A stretch of DNA of 64,000 nt from Paraspadella gotoi. Its lineage: Eukaryota; Animalia; Chaetognatha. Numbering within the stretch: position 1 is the stretch's first letter; every line of letters begins with the position of its first letter. Location of the stretch: positions 6,157,074 through 6,221,073 of the forward strand of contig JBJCIZ010000239.1 of assembly GCA_051294375.1 (NCBI GenBank), in the 5' to 3' direction. The position numbers and the translations under genes are program-made. The notes beneath the pieces are model-generated. The model saw nothing but the letters and a program-made list of their open reading frames with translations. It did not search any database and had not been told where the DNA came from. Shown here in pieces: positions 9,507-23,219 of this stretch.

Positions 9507-12040
9507 ATGACGAAGACGCCAACCGGAAGCCGGAAATCGTCGNNNNNNNNNNCGTCGAGAAGAAACTATTTTCTTTCTTATTCGTCCATCGTCTTTTTCG
9601 TCGTCGCCGTCGTCGCTCGCAGCGCTGGGATCGGTGAAGATTGCGAAACGGCGTTTCTCGGCAGGTGTGTGTTTGTTTGTTTGTTNNNNNNNNNNNNNNN
9701 NNNNNNNNNNNNNNNNNNNNNNNNNNNNNNNNNNNNNNNNNNNNNNNNNNNNNNNNNNNNNNNNNNNNNNNNNNNNNNNNNNNNNNNNNNNNNNNNNNNN
9801 NNNNNNNNNNNNNNNNNNNNNNNNNNNNNNNNNNNNNNNNNNNNNNNNNNNNNNNNNNNNNNNNNNNNNNNNNNNNNNNNNNNNNNNNNNNNNNNNNTTA
9901 TATTGAATGGTTCTGTCACTAACACATAATAATAATCCCTGTCTCTTCAATATATTATTTATATTTATCTATTATTAGACATTTTTACATTTTTACTATT
10001 AAATTTATATTATTTAATTATATATATATTGTTTATATATATCTATTATTAGATTCGACGGTGACGAAATCAGCGGCGCCGGGAGCGGGTTTGACACGAG
10101 CGGCGATTGGTCGAACAGCGATCGAGTGACTCGCGGGGAAGAGGAATGCCAAGTGGGTTGTTGGGGGGGCGGAGGGGGGGCCGGAGGGGGTGTTGGGCCT
10201 TGGCGGAGGTTGAGGGCGGAACATGTTGAAAACTAAAGCATATCGGCCTTATTTTTCCAAAACGCCCCTTTTCGTCTCAAATTCGAAATTAAGTTAGTTT
10301 TCGGTTTTAAGTTTGGGTCAGAGGTTAGGCGGAATTCCTGTCACAGAACTATGTGCCAAGCTATGTCAATGGGGTGGGTCAGAAAGTATAATTCTTTTTT
10401 CGATATTTTGATGATAAGTGGGTCAAAATTGATAAAAACCGTTAAGAAATTATCATCATCTTACGATGATTATAGGACTTTTTACTAATTTTCAGTAATA
10501 AAACTTCAAAATTTTTAAAAGTTGTAATTTTCGTTTAACTTTTTGAGCTCTATCAGAATCAATTAAANNNNNNNNNNNNNNNNNNNNNNNNNNNNNNNNN
10601 NNNNNNNNNNNNNNNNNNNNNNNNNNNNNNNNNNNNNNNNNNNNNNNNNNNNNNNNNNNNNNNNNNNNNNNNNNNNNNNNNNNNNNNNNNNNNNNNNNNN
10701 NNNNNNNNNNNNNNNNNNNNNNNNNNNNNNNNNNNNNNNNNNNNNNNNNNNNNNNNNNNNNNNNNNNNNNNNNNNNNNNNNNNNNNNNNNNNNNNNNNNN
10801 NNNNNNNNNNNNNNNNNNNNNNNNNNNNNNNNNNNNNNNNNNNNNNNNNNNNNNNNNNNNNNNNNNNNNNNNNNNNNNNNNNNNNNNNNNNNNNNNNNNN
10901 NNNNNNNNNNNNNNNNNNNNNNNNNNNNNNNNNNNNNNNNNNNNNNNTCAACGACAGGCCAAGGCCTGGCGGCTGCGATGGCACGGGCAGCCCGGCTGCA
11001 CCTGTCTCAAGACGATGACGGGCAAGGACCAAGACCAGGAAGGGTTGGCCTTCAGGTCGGGCAAGTTTTGCACCTGTCTCCTCAGTTTCAACGATCACGT
11101 CGTCAACGTCGCCAGGTGCAAGGAGAGAGAGAGAGAGAGAGAGAGANNNNNNNNNNNNNNNNNNNNNNNNNNNNNNNNNNNNNNNNNNNNNNNNNNNNNN
11201 NNNNNNNNNNNNNNNNNNNNNNNNNNNNNNNNNNNNNNNNNNNNNNNNNNNNNNNNNNNNNNNNNNNNNNNNNNNNNNNNNNNNNNNNNNNNNNNNNNNN
11301 NNNNNNNNNNNNNNNNNNNNNNNNNNNNNNNNNNNNNNNNNNNNNNNNNNNNNNNNNNNNNNNCCGGCGCCGTCCGATGCCGCGCCGGTGACCTCGGCGT
11401 CGTCGGAGACCGCGCCGCTTTGGAACCGGCGCCGGACTGCGTCCTCAATCGGACTTCCATCTTCTACGCCTCGGTCGGCGGCGGATTGGCGGCGCTGCTG
11501 GTCCTCTTTCTCGTCGCCATTTGCTGCGTGAGGCGCCGACAGAACCGGCGACACAGAGAAAAGTACGGGGACGGCGTCGACGGCGTCGACGGCGGCGGAG
11601 AAAGCGGCGCCCGCGGCGTCGTTGCGTTTCGACCGGCGGCGGACGGAAGCGCCGAGGTGACGGAAGGCGCCGTTGATAGGAGGAAGAGTTACAAGGCGGC
11701 CACTGGTCACGGATCAGTTGACGAGGTGATTGGTTGGGTGATTAATTGATTGGGTGATTGATTAATTGGGTGATTGATTAATTGATTGTGAGTGATTGAA
11801 TTTTTTGTGATTGGCTTGAGAAGGGGTAGAAAATGATAAGCAAGAAAATGGTTCGATGGGAAGTAATTTGAATTGAGTGATCGTCAAAGTGAGGCGAGTT
11901 ATGGTTGTTGTTGTTGTTGTTGTTGACATATTGTGATGGCGATATGTTCAATCAGGAAACGGCCTTTTTGTCCGTGAATATAAGGTAAGAAAGATAAGTG
12001 ATAAATCATTAAAAGATACTTACTACAACAGCGGAAAGAG

Positions 12041-12087
<47 letters not shown>

Positions 12088-15000
12088 AACAAATAAACAA
12101 ACAAACAAACAAATAAACAAATAAACAAATAAACAAATAAACAAACAAATAAATAAACAAATAAACAAACAAACAAACAAAAGCCTTCGATCAGCACACG
12201 ATCTAGTTGATTTTTTTTCTTTTAGAANNNNNNNNNNNNNNNNNNNNNNNNNNNNNNNNNNNNNNNNNNNNNNNNNNNNNNNNNNNNNNNNNNNNNNNNN
12301 NNNNNNNNNNNNNNNNNNNNNNNNNNNNNNNNNNNNNNNNNNNNNNNNNNNNNNNNNNNNNNNNNNNNNNNNNNNNNNNNNNNNNNNNNNNNNNNNNNNN
12401 NNNNNNNNNNNNNNNNNNNNNNNNNNNNNNNNNNNNNNNNNNNNNNNNNNNNNNNNNNNNNNNNNNNNNNNNNNNNNNNNNNNNNNNNNNNNNNNNNNNN
12501 NNNNNNNNNNNNNNNNNNNNNNNNNNNNNNNNNNNNNNNNNNNNNNNNNNNNNNNNNNNNNNNNNNNNNNNNNNNNNNNNNNNNNNNNNNNNNNNNNNNN
12601 NNNNNNNNNNNNNNNNNNNNNNNNNNNNNNNNNNNNNNNNNNNNNNNNNNNNNNNNNNNNNNNNNNNNNNNNNNNNNNNNNNNNNNNNNNNNNNNNNNNN
12701 NNNNNNNNNNNNNNNNNNNNNNNNNNNNNNNNNNNNNNNNNNNNNNNNNNNNNNNNNNNNNNNNNNNNNNNNNNNNNNNNNNNNNNNNNNNNNNNNNNNN
12801 NNNNNNNNNNNNNNNNNNNNNNNNNNNNNNNNNNNNNNNNNNNNNNNNNNNNNNNNNNNNNNNNNNNNNNNNNNNNNNNNNNNNNNNNNNNCTACTAATA
12901 AAAAAAAAATATTCGTTCCACCGGTCGATATTATGTCAGCACTTATTTGTAAAAAAGTTTAATGAGACAAAACTTAAATGTTAACAAGAACCAATCGATT
13001 TCTAATACTAATTTATCATTTCTTCAACATCATTGTCAGACCGAAACCCGCTGCTTACCAAGCTGAGACACCTCAGGTTTTTCAAGGATCAATTTCTTAT
13101 TAATTTCAGAACTTGTTTCCCGACTAGGTTTGACTTTGGAATTTTTAAATTTTTAAGTTTAAAGTTTAAGTTTATTTCTTTTACGGTATTATAAATTGCC
13201 GCGGCTCATGTACATTCTTCTTACCCAGAAGCTTTTCTTTAATTCAACAATCTAACTGCCATGTTTTCCAAACGAGCCTCATTTTTGTTTTCATTTAATA
13301 TTAAATTAAGTTTTGAGGGGTGAGGATCAATGTTAAATATTAATATTATTAATTATGGTGAGGAATTACGAACTATCGATGGAATTTGAGATTTGGTAAA
13401 ATAAAACGGTTATATATTAAGGTTAAAATTTTTAGGGAATAGAAAATGATCGATTTTAGAAAAAGAGTCCTTCAATAATATTGAATCAATATCTTTTACA
13501 TATTGTTATACACATAGTTTTCTTATCATTCTCAACTTTCCCTCCCTAAAAATGTGATAAAAAAGATCTGGCCAGCCTCCAATCCTCTACGACATCACAA
13601 CATTTCACAAGATCGACCTCAGTTTCCATCTTCACGCGTTTCACCAAATTTCTCGCTTCTCTCTTCAACGACCAGCGAAAGGCCTCACCCTTAGAAGCGG
13701 CCTCCTTACCCAGCAGCGTTCAAATGAGTCAGTTCGAATCGTTGATGACCTACAGTTCGTCTCCGGCGATGGAGGGAGAGTCGGCGATCGACTGGGAGTC
13801 CACCAAATCCGCGGCAACTCGATCCACGACGACGACGACGACGACGACGCAGAGAGCGTCGAGAAAATCACCTCAGCAGCCGCATCAGCAGCGGCCGAAG
13901 GAGAGCGGAACCCGCAGAGCAGCGAGGAACGCCGGACGCCGCCGAGAACCCACCGGGATCGACGGCGGGGGCGGAGAGCGACATCATAGCTCGCGAAGCA
14001 GCATTCCCGGTGAGGAATGCGGCGGACGAAGATGATCGGCGAGAGGCGACGTGATAATTTTCTTTTTTGGTCTGTACGTCTGTCTCTCAATGTCTGTTAG
14101 TACTAATAGTACTGTTACTTAGTACTAATAATAGGCGAAAAGAGTTTACTCTGGATATTTATAGTGAGATATCGTTTCCCTTCAGTGTCTCATAAAAGTC
14201 GTCATTTCGGTGGTCGTTTGGCGCAACGAGCAAAAGGGGGCAGACGACACTGATCCTGACTGCTCATCACTTGGTTTTGCAAGTCAACATTTTTTTTTGG
14301 TAACATTTTTACTCAGTATTTGAGATGTATCTTGTGAAAAAAAGTAGGTAACACGTATAATTGTTTATTAATTTGCAATTAATAATTATGCAATGAAGTG
14401 CATTTTTTTCTTAAATCGCTTTGCCAATTTTCTTTATTTCAAGGTGTTGCTTTAAATAAATATTTACATAATCGGATTTGAACCTTTTTTATTTTGAATA
14501 TTTTCTATTAACCAAATTATTTTTTTTCACTAATTAGGTACTTTGATATAAAATAAAACAAAGCATTTTATTTTTCTTTTTTAGCTAAAAAAATTAATGA
14601 GAATAAGTTAAAAGAAAACCTTGACCTATCTTTACATTTAGAACAAAACGAAAAAATTGCGTGTATTTTATATTAACATGATTTATTTGTTCTGTTTGTC
14701 GCTTTATAAGTTTGTACTTTAAAGCTTATTTTTTTATACTTTTTATAAGTACATCTTCCGCTTCGTTTTTAACGTTAGAAAGCATGGTTGCAAAATTTTT
14801 TTATTAAAAAAAGGAAAAACATTATAAAAATTAAAAGCATAGTAAAATCTAAAATCTAAAATAGCGGGTGGACGGAAAGAAACATACTACTACTAATACT
14901 ACACTACTATTAATATACTATATACTACATATAACTTCATCCCAATTATCCATTAACTCACCAATCTACTCCCGATCAATCAAAGCCTCCCTACCCCAAA

Positions 15001-15301
15001 TCAAACTTTTACCCATTAAACCTTACCAATTTCCCCCGACAACTCGACCACGCCCGTCTCTCCCCCCCCCCCTCCCCTCACCACACTTAAACCGACTACC
15101 CCCTCCCCTCCTTTCTCCCTCTCTCTCAAAAAAAAAACAAAACAAAAAAACAAAAAAAAAAAACAAACACGCAAGGATCTGGATTCCTCCGGCGACAACA
15201 TGTCCTCCACGCGTACAACGTCGCAGCCCGACGCCAAATTGCGCCGGGGACGGTCCATAGTCCCCGAAGGACAATCAGAGATCAGCTGTCGACGACGTCT
15301 T

Positions 15302-15333
<32 letters not shown>

Positions 15334-15510
15334 TTATCGGCACCACAAAAACCTCTCTCCGTTTACTCGGAGGCGCCGCCCCCGCGCCGGCGTTCGCCGC
15401 CCGGGGATCGAAGACCCCGCAGCGAAACCGGCGCGCTGGACGGACGGATTCCGCTTTGGCGCCTCCGAGATTTTCGGATCTTTACGAGACGTCGTCGAAC
15501 GCCTCGTTGA
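9507..15510 (+). CDS. Multi-exon type-I single-pass membrane protein (signal peptide, Cys-containing ectodomain, TM helix, low-complexity tail); partly hidden by gaps
   Basis: Exon 9507-9664 encodes a hydrophobic signal-like stretch (YFLSYSSIVFFVVAVVARSAG) ending at AG|GT. ~10948-11121 encodes GCTCL...FCTCLLSF...ARC. ~11364-11725 encodes IFYASVGGGLAALLVLFLVAICCV-RRRQNRR ending at GAG|GTGATT. ~13566-14008 ends CCCG|GTGAGG and is in phase with 15176-15510 (stop). Confidence 0.6.
9898..9949 (+). mobile_element. 3' end of an LTR of the same family as 54555-55171 (rest lies in the N gap)
   Basis: TTATATTGAATGGTTCTGTCACTAACACAT...TGTCTCTTCA matches the reverse complement of 54555-54607. Confidence 0.7.
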
Positions 15511-16084
15511 TTCGCGGCGCCCGGCCCGGAGATGTGTGATTCGGGAGGGAGATGTATGGAGTCACAGTTTGGTGCACAGTTCTTTTATTTTCTTCTCGTT
15601 TTCAAAAAATTTCATTTTTTTTTGCCACAAGTTTCCATCGGTTTTGGAAGACATTTCATTTCCTTCTCCTCTCTCTCTTCTCTTCTCTCTCCTCTGCTCG
15701 ATTTATTCTCGGGAAAAGGCGATCAGTAAAAAAAAGAGAGAGATGGCCTTTTGATGAAGATATCTCGTGTTTGAGATAATTTTATCAATATCTGAATGGA
15801 TACTCGAATACAAGATATTATCCGACTCGTATGTTTACCTAAATTCAAACACTGACTGTTACGATTTGAAATCTACTTAACAAAAACTAATAAATTTAAA
15901 GAAAATAAGGTTCTCCATTTCTCTTCTTAATCCATAAACTTTATTTTAATTTTAATATTTAACTAGTTTATTATATATTTTTGTTTTGCTTATTTCGATG
16001 TCCTTTGGGCTATTTATCAAAAACCATTTTTATNNNNNNNNNNNNNNNNNNNNNNNNNAAAGAGAGAGATAGGTGAGAGAGAGT

Positions 16085-19000
16085 ATGCGGAGCGGACGAA
16101 GATAATCCCAGGGCGGAGAGGCGACGTGATATATATCGTTTTTAAGTCTGTCCGTCATCTCTCTCAATGTCTGTTAGTACTAATAGTAACTATTACATGT
16201 AGTACTAAATAATAGGCGAAAAGAGTTACTCATGGATATTTATAGTGAAGAATATCGTTTCACCTTCAGTGTTCTCATAAAAGTCGTCATTTCGGGTGGT
16301 GCGTTTGGCGCAACGAGGCAAAAAGGGGGCAGACAGAGCACTGAATCCTAGAACTGCTGCTGCATACACTTGGATTTTTTTTTTTGAGGCAAGTCACATT
16401 TTTTTTTTGTAAGGACAGATTTTTACTCAGTAATTTGAAAGATGTATCTTTGTGAAAAAAGTAGGTAACACGTATAATTGTTTATAATATTGCATTAATA
16501 ATTATACAATGAATATGGCGTTTTTTTCTTTAAATCGCTTTGCCAATTTCTTTATTTCAATGGTGTTGGGCATTTAAATAAATATCTACATAATCGGAAT
16601 TTGAACCTTTTTATTTTGAATATTTTCTATACACAAATTAAGATTTTTTTTTTTACTAATTGGGGGTACTTTGATATAAAATAAAAGCAAAGATTTTTTT
16701 TCTTTTTAGCTTAAAATTTAAGAGTGGTGAAATAAGTAAAAGTAAAACCTTACTATCTCTTATACACTTTAGAACAAAACGAAAAAATTGGGCGTGTATT
16801 TTACTATAACATGATTTATTTTGTCTGTTATGTACAGCTTTATAGAAGGTATTGTACTATAAAGAGTCACAAGCTGGTAATTTTTTATACTTTTGTGAAT
16901 AGTACATCTACTCCGGCTTCGTTTTTAACGTTAGAAAGGAGCATGGTTGCATAAATTTTTATTAAAGAAAAAGGAAAAAACAAAATTAAAAGCATTGTAA
17001 ATAAAGCATAGGAGTAAAATCTAAAATCTAAAATAGGGGAGGTGTAGCGGAAGGAAACAATACTACTACTATATACTACTATTATAGTTACTATAACACT
17101 AAGCTACTTAAATACCAAGAGGCAACTTCATCCACAATTATCCATATAACTCACCCAATCTCTCCCGATCAATCAAAGCCATCCTACCGCACCAAATAAC
17201 GTGTTAACCATTTAAACTTACCAATTTCCCGCCGACATACTCGTATCCGACCGTCTCTCCCCTCCCACAGCTAAAACGGACTCACCCCTCAACCAACACT
17301 TCAAAACCGACTAACCCTCCCACTCGCTTTCTCCCTTCTCTCGAAAAAAAAAAAAAAACAAAAAAAGCAAAAAAGAGAAAAAAAACAAACAACGCAAGGA
17401 TCTGGATTCCTCCGGCCGAACAACATGTATTCCACGGGTACAACGTCGCAGACACGACGCCATCAATTGCGCCGGGAACGGTCCATAAGTCCCGAAGGAC
17501 AATACAGGAATAGCAGCGTCGACGACGTCTTTGACGACGACGACGACGACGACGACAGACGACGACGCACAGACGTTATCATCGGGCGAGACAAAAACCC
17601 ACTCTCCGTTTCACTCGGAGGCGCCGCCCCCGCGCCGGCGTCAGCACGCCCGGGGTATCGAAGAGCCCCGCCAGCGAAACCGCGCGCTGGACGAGACAGG
17701 ATTCCTGCTTTGGCGCCTCCGAGATTTTCGGATTCTTTAACGAGACGTCGTCGAAACGCCTCGTTGATTTCGCGCGGCGCCGGGCCCGGAGATGTGTGAT
17801 TCGGAGGGAGATGTATGGAGTTCACAGTTTGGTGGCTGCACATGATTCTTTTATTTTCTTCGTTTTCAAAAATTTCTTTTTTTTTGTTTTGCGCTGAGAT
17901 AGGTCCGATCGGGTTTTTGGAAGACATTTCTCTCTGCTCTCTCTCTCTCTCCCTGCTCGATTTATTTCTGCGGAAAAGGCGATCAGTAAAAAAAGAGAAG
18001 AGAGATGGCCTATTTTGATAGAAGTATTCTACGTGTTTGAGGATAATTTTGATCATATCTGAATGCGATAACTATCGAATACATAGATATTATTCCGACT
18101 CGTATGTTTACCTAAATTCAAACACTGACTGTTTACGATTTTGAAATCTACTTACAAAAAACATAATAAATTTGAAAGAAAATAAAGGTTCTCCCATTTC
18201 GTCTTCTAATCCATAAACTTTATTTTAGAAAATTTTAATATTTAACTAGTTCAACGCAAGAGAATGGAATATATCTAGTGGCTTGGTCTCTCTTGCTCGT
18301 CCGTCTTTTCTCACTGAGATAATGACCAATCAGAGAGAGGCTTCCCTCAGGAAGACCGAGACGGCGGAACAGAGAGAGGAAACGCAGATCACTCTTCAAC
18401 TTACGCTTCAAGAAACAAACTCAACTCCTTATGGACTATTTGTTATATATTGTTTATTGCCAATGCCTTTCTCTGCATATCTACCATATTTAGTGTATGT
18501 TAATGTAATTATCAATTCCAGACAAGATGTTCTTATGTCATAAAACTCCTCCTATTAATCTGCAACATAAATAAACCAAGACCAACTTCCTTCGTTGTGG
18601 TGAAGGACTGGATTAGACTGAGCCGCCCGGCCTCCTAAGAAGAACCACTACACGGTACCGGAGAATCAACCGGCTACCGAACTACTTTTAGAAGTAACAC
18701 CATTTTAAGCGGTCATCTCTCCTTAAATAAAAAAGCTCCGCCAAAATATAGAATAAAACTCTTGCTTAATTTAAACTAAATAAATAATGAATTTTTAAGA
18801 AAAATAATCTCCCTTAGTTAAAGCGAATGAAAAGACCCACTCCCGCCCCACCAAATAAAAAGTTTCGTGAAAAGACAAAAAAAAATCAAGTAAAAAAAAA
18901 ACACGTCTAAAAACAAATTTTTTTGCGAAATATCAGAGTGGCGTTCAATTGTAGCCGTGATGGCAGAAAAAAAAAAACAAAAAAAAAAAGCCAAAAAAAA

Positions 19001-21890
19001 ATTAAAACTAACAATTGTTTCCAAGCCTTGAAACCCGAGTTCCTTCAAACTTTTCGAAGGCGTTAAACAAAAAATATATCAACCTATATATAAACTTGCT
19101 AATTTGTAAAAGCTCCCCCTTACGTTGCAGTTCAAAAAAACGACGCCAAACTTATCAAAAGTCCTGTTCCGACGGACCATTGTGGTGAGTTTTCCCGTTC
19201 TCTGAGCAGGCGCCGGTTCAGCGTGACCCAGCAATTGGCTGGGCCCAGAGGGAGCGACGAAAGAAGGAAGACTCGGAGTCTCGCCGCGTTGAAGTCCTAG
19301 TCCAGAGATAGAAAATTAAGCGGAAGGCAATAAGTTCGCGTACAAATAAGATCATATAAAGATTTCTGCATCGTCACTCCTTTAATCTAGAAGATCTTCT
19401 ACAGCATGATTAAATTAACTGATCCTTGGTTATTTTGGTGAGATGAGAGGAAACTTGCCAACGGCCAAAGCAATGAGCCTATATCTCTCTGGACCAAATT
19501 GAGAAGTCATTGAAAATTGCAATGCTTGCTAGATGCTCATTCTTGGCTTCACCGCACGCAGACCCTAGCGCAGTTTTTGTCCCGGTTTGTATGGTCCGCA
19601 GATGATCAATGAAGAGATATAATTAATGAATAGAATTAATATTATATCTTTGTATACCCACTCTAATTGCATTTATTGGACACACAAAGGTAGTTATATA
19701 AAACTGTCAAATATATTAACTTCTAGAGGCCGTTCTTTCATTAGAAGCCCAGTATATATGATCTCAATGAATCACATTATTATAGAGGAGGATATCGTAC
19801 ATATTTCAGTTCTAAGACGATACTTCACATACTGTGAAAACCATGTATTGTGATCAGGCCTAAAAAAACTATGATTTGACATAAGGTGCTATGATATGAA
19901 GATGTGCTAATTATATATATTATTAAGATGATTAGATCTAGTTTACCCGAGAAAAAGAATAATAAATTAGTAAATGAAGATAAAAGGAAAAAAGAAAGGA
20001 ATTAAGTAAATAGGATATGATAGATAAGAATAAGAGGAAGACGTAGTCAGGTGATTATTTCATGGGCTACAATTTAAAGTACTCAATACGCATATTATTA
20101 TATAATCTGATAGGTACTGAGTACAAAGATAAATGATAAATTACTGTAAGTAAAAAACGATGTAGAATATTAGAAGAGAGCATTATTATACTAGGCCATT
20201 AAAATCTGGTATGATAAAAACAGGTCATATCCACCTATAGAAACTACCTATTATATGTATTGCCGAAATATATCTCTGGGCATCCTGTAACTGTGAAATA
20301 AGAATAAGGCCAGCTATAATATTTATCCATATAGATCAGAATACAACAGTATGGCCTTACATATCCAAAAACACTTGGCAGTTGACATATTTCACAACTG
20401 ACGAGTACATGATAATCCATATATTATATAATTTAAGAAGAATCAAATAAGACATAAAGAAAGAATAGTCTATAAACATTTAAAAGACAGTTTCCATCAG
20501 TCATATATCTGATGATAGACTCTCTCCCCTCCCCCGTCCCCCCTCCCTCACATAATAGGGCTAATACAATAGCAATCACAAAACGGATTGAACCCCCATA
20601 TATATCATTATCAATGTCAATCACAAACTGAGGAACCCAAGCAAGTCTACAGGTTCTTACTGTTACTTTCTCCATATATTGATTAAATATATAATATAAT
20701 TTCTAATCTTACGCAAAGCTGACCAAGTCTGGTCCTTGAATATACACAGAATAATTTGAAAATTTGAGATGCAATAATAGCAACAGGAACTTACAAAGAA
20801 AAGACTACGACCAAAGTCATATCAATGAATCAGCACTTATCATTCAAAAATAACATAATGTGAACCGTCCACAGCAACAACCAAAAAGTCCTCTCACCCA
20901 TGTAAAGCTTGAGACAAAATTTCATTCTTATAGATGACCAACTGAGAAAACTTAACTACTGAAATGTCAAGCTTGAAAATCTTAGTGCAAACAAATCTCA
21001 AATTATAAGCAGCATAATCAGGAATAGGTTGAGAAAAAGAAAAACACTAAGAAACCAAGGCAGATCCTATCAGAATCATCCAGAATCATCCCATAAACTG
21101 AATGGATTCTTAAAAAATCAAACCACCATCAATCCACCAAAGACTAAAAATCAGTATACATACCCAGCTAAACCCATTGGGCAAAGCCTAGAAGGCACAC
21201 ATGTTCCTCTTCAGCAAATTAAACAGATTGAATATTACATTACAATGACCACTTGGTGATGGGCAATACCTCCCATGGGTGGACTCAATTCTCCAAGCCT
21301 CTTGGCAATCCACACCTGAGGAGGACTTATGAGGCTCGACAAGTGGGCCAATATATAGACATAGGAGATAGGATGAATAGAGACTTGGGATAATGAAAAC
21401 GCTCGACAATTCTCTAGATGACACGAGAAGGTCTCGCAATAGGGAGGGGGGTGACAACGCAGAGAATGGATTAATCTAGTGGCTTGTCCCCTCTCTTGGC
21501 TTCTCCGTCTTTTCTTCTGATTGACTTGCAATCAGAGAGGAGGCTTTCCCTCAGGAAACCGAACGGGCAGAGAAAGCGAGAGAGGGAACGAGATCACTCT
21601 TCAACTTACCTTCAAGATAACAAACAATCAAACTCCTTATGGACTATTTGTTATATTGTTTATTGGCCTGGCCTTATTCTCTGCATAATCTACATATTTT
21701 GTATGTTTATTATTATCATCCGCAACGTGTTTCTTATTGTAATAAACTCCTCCTATTTCTCACATAATAAACCACGCCTTCTTCCTTCGTTGAGTTTATT
21801 ATTGTTAATTTAATAAACATAATAATTTTTGTTTTTTTGCTTTTGTTCGGATGTCCTTGGGCTATTTATTCAAAAACCATTTTTATTTGG
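16085..21890 (+). other. Noisy second copy of 14015-16033 (probable gap-fill or haplotype duplication), interrupted by an LTR element
   Basis: Colinear match with many 1-bp insertions. Separated from copy 1 by a 25-N gap. Confidence 0.85.
18252..21792 (+). mobile_element. LTR retrotransposon (non-autonomous or unreadable through sequencing noise); LTRs 18252-18597 and 21455-21792
   Basis: ~340-bp direct repeats. TGG-starting PBS-like sequence at 18598 and polypurine tract AGGGAGGGGGG at 21441. AGTT on both flanks, with a single AGTT at the empty site (15965-15968). Confidence 0.8.
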
Positions 21891-23219
21891 GTTCACAAAA
21901 AGCATCAGATCAGAAATAAACCTAATCATTGTAGAAACTTGAAACTAAATAAAAATTGTTTTTGATAAATTAATTTCACATTACATCGAAAACTTAATCC
22001 TTAACCCTTATTCCTAACCCTAAAGTAATCCCTAAACTTAATATTAAACTTTAAAATTTCAAATAAAATGGAGGTGCTTTGAGCAACGCATTAACATTTT
22101 CTGCACGCAGCCACGATGAGCCACACACAGAGACGAAAATGGTTTTTTCTCTCGCATGCGGTTGATAATCAACTCGAATCGAAAGAAATATTTCCTTTCT
22201 ATTGCTTCTATTTCTATTCGCATGAAGATGGCGATTTGCGTATGTATATATTTGCGTATATTAATTGAATTCTTTGTTCCTCGTTCATTTTCGTTTTGTT
22301 TTTTATATATGCATATATTTTGAATTGACCGTCTGCGGTGATTGAAAATCTAGCGCGAACAAAGTAACAGATGTGAAATGATTTGCGGGTCGAATAATTT
22401 TTATCGAGAACAGACCCGTATGGGCGAACGCCGTCCTGTCTCTATAATAATCCTTTGGCTCTTCTTGTGCCCAGTGAGTCCAGTCGTCGTCGTCTGGCGT
22501 CACGCTTTTTTGCAATCATGGCCTTCTAAAAGGTGTGATATCTAGGGAGATTGAAACATTTATATATGGCTCTCTAATCCATCAAGATCTTTCAAATTCC
22601 CATGTTTCATAATCAATTATTCCTATTTGTTTATGTTTTATTTACAAAACAAACCAACTTTTAATATAATGTCTCTTTCCCTCTCTCTTTCTTTTAATTA
22701 TGTATGTCGCTCTCTCTGCTCTCTCTCTCCTTGTTTTTCAGTCATCTGCTTCTTCTGATTTGTTCTAAAAACGAGTCTGGTCTAGGCGTGCCAGTCGTCA
22801 GCTGCATGGCATAGGCGTCGACGTTACAGGAGACTTCTTTCTCTCTCTCTTCTCCGTCTCTTCCTCTATCTCGTTTTTTAACAAAAAAAATTTATATTCT
22901 TTATATACTATAGTAACTATATAGTATATTGTGGGCTCACCAATATTGAAGACGATTCGGCCGTGATCAGCAGCTTTAACATTCCATTCTCCTTTTTTTT
23001 CTTTTTTATTTCCACTATCTTGTCTTGTGATAATGCTACAAGGGCGCGAACTCCCGAGTCTTCAGATTGGGAGAGGAGATTCGCGCTAACTCGGCGACGA
23101 CCGCACTCATAAGAGTACTTAACTTATTAAGGTAACGAGTAAAGCCAAGAGGACTAGTTGAGCTTTTTCTCCTCCTCCTTTCTCGCATAGTCTGACTGTA
23201 GCTGCAGTAATCTGATTTC

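Noticed and set aside
9030-12962. ORFs dominated by X
   Set aside because: They are artefacts of N gaps.
17425-17799. Separate paralogous gene (124-aa ORF)
   Set aside because: It is the indel-ridden copy of exon 15176-15510, and its frame is a chance mosaic.
20300-20700. Integrase remnant inside the LTR element (AVDIF-like)
   Set aside because: Only a few residues match, and no continuous DDE motif can be read through the noise.
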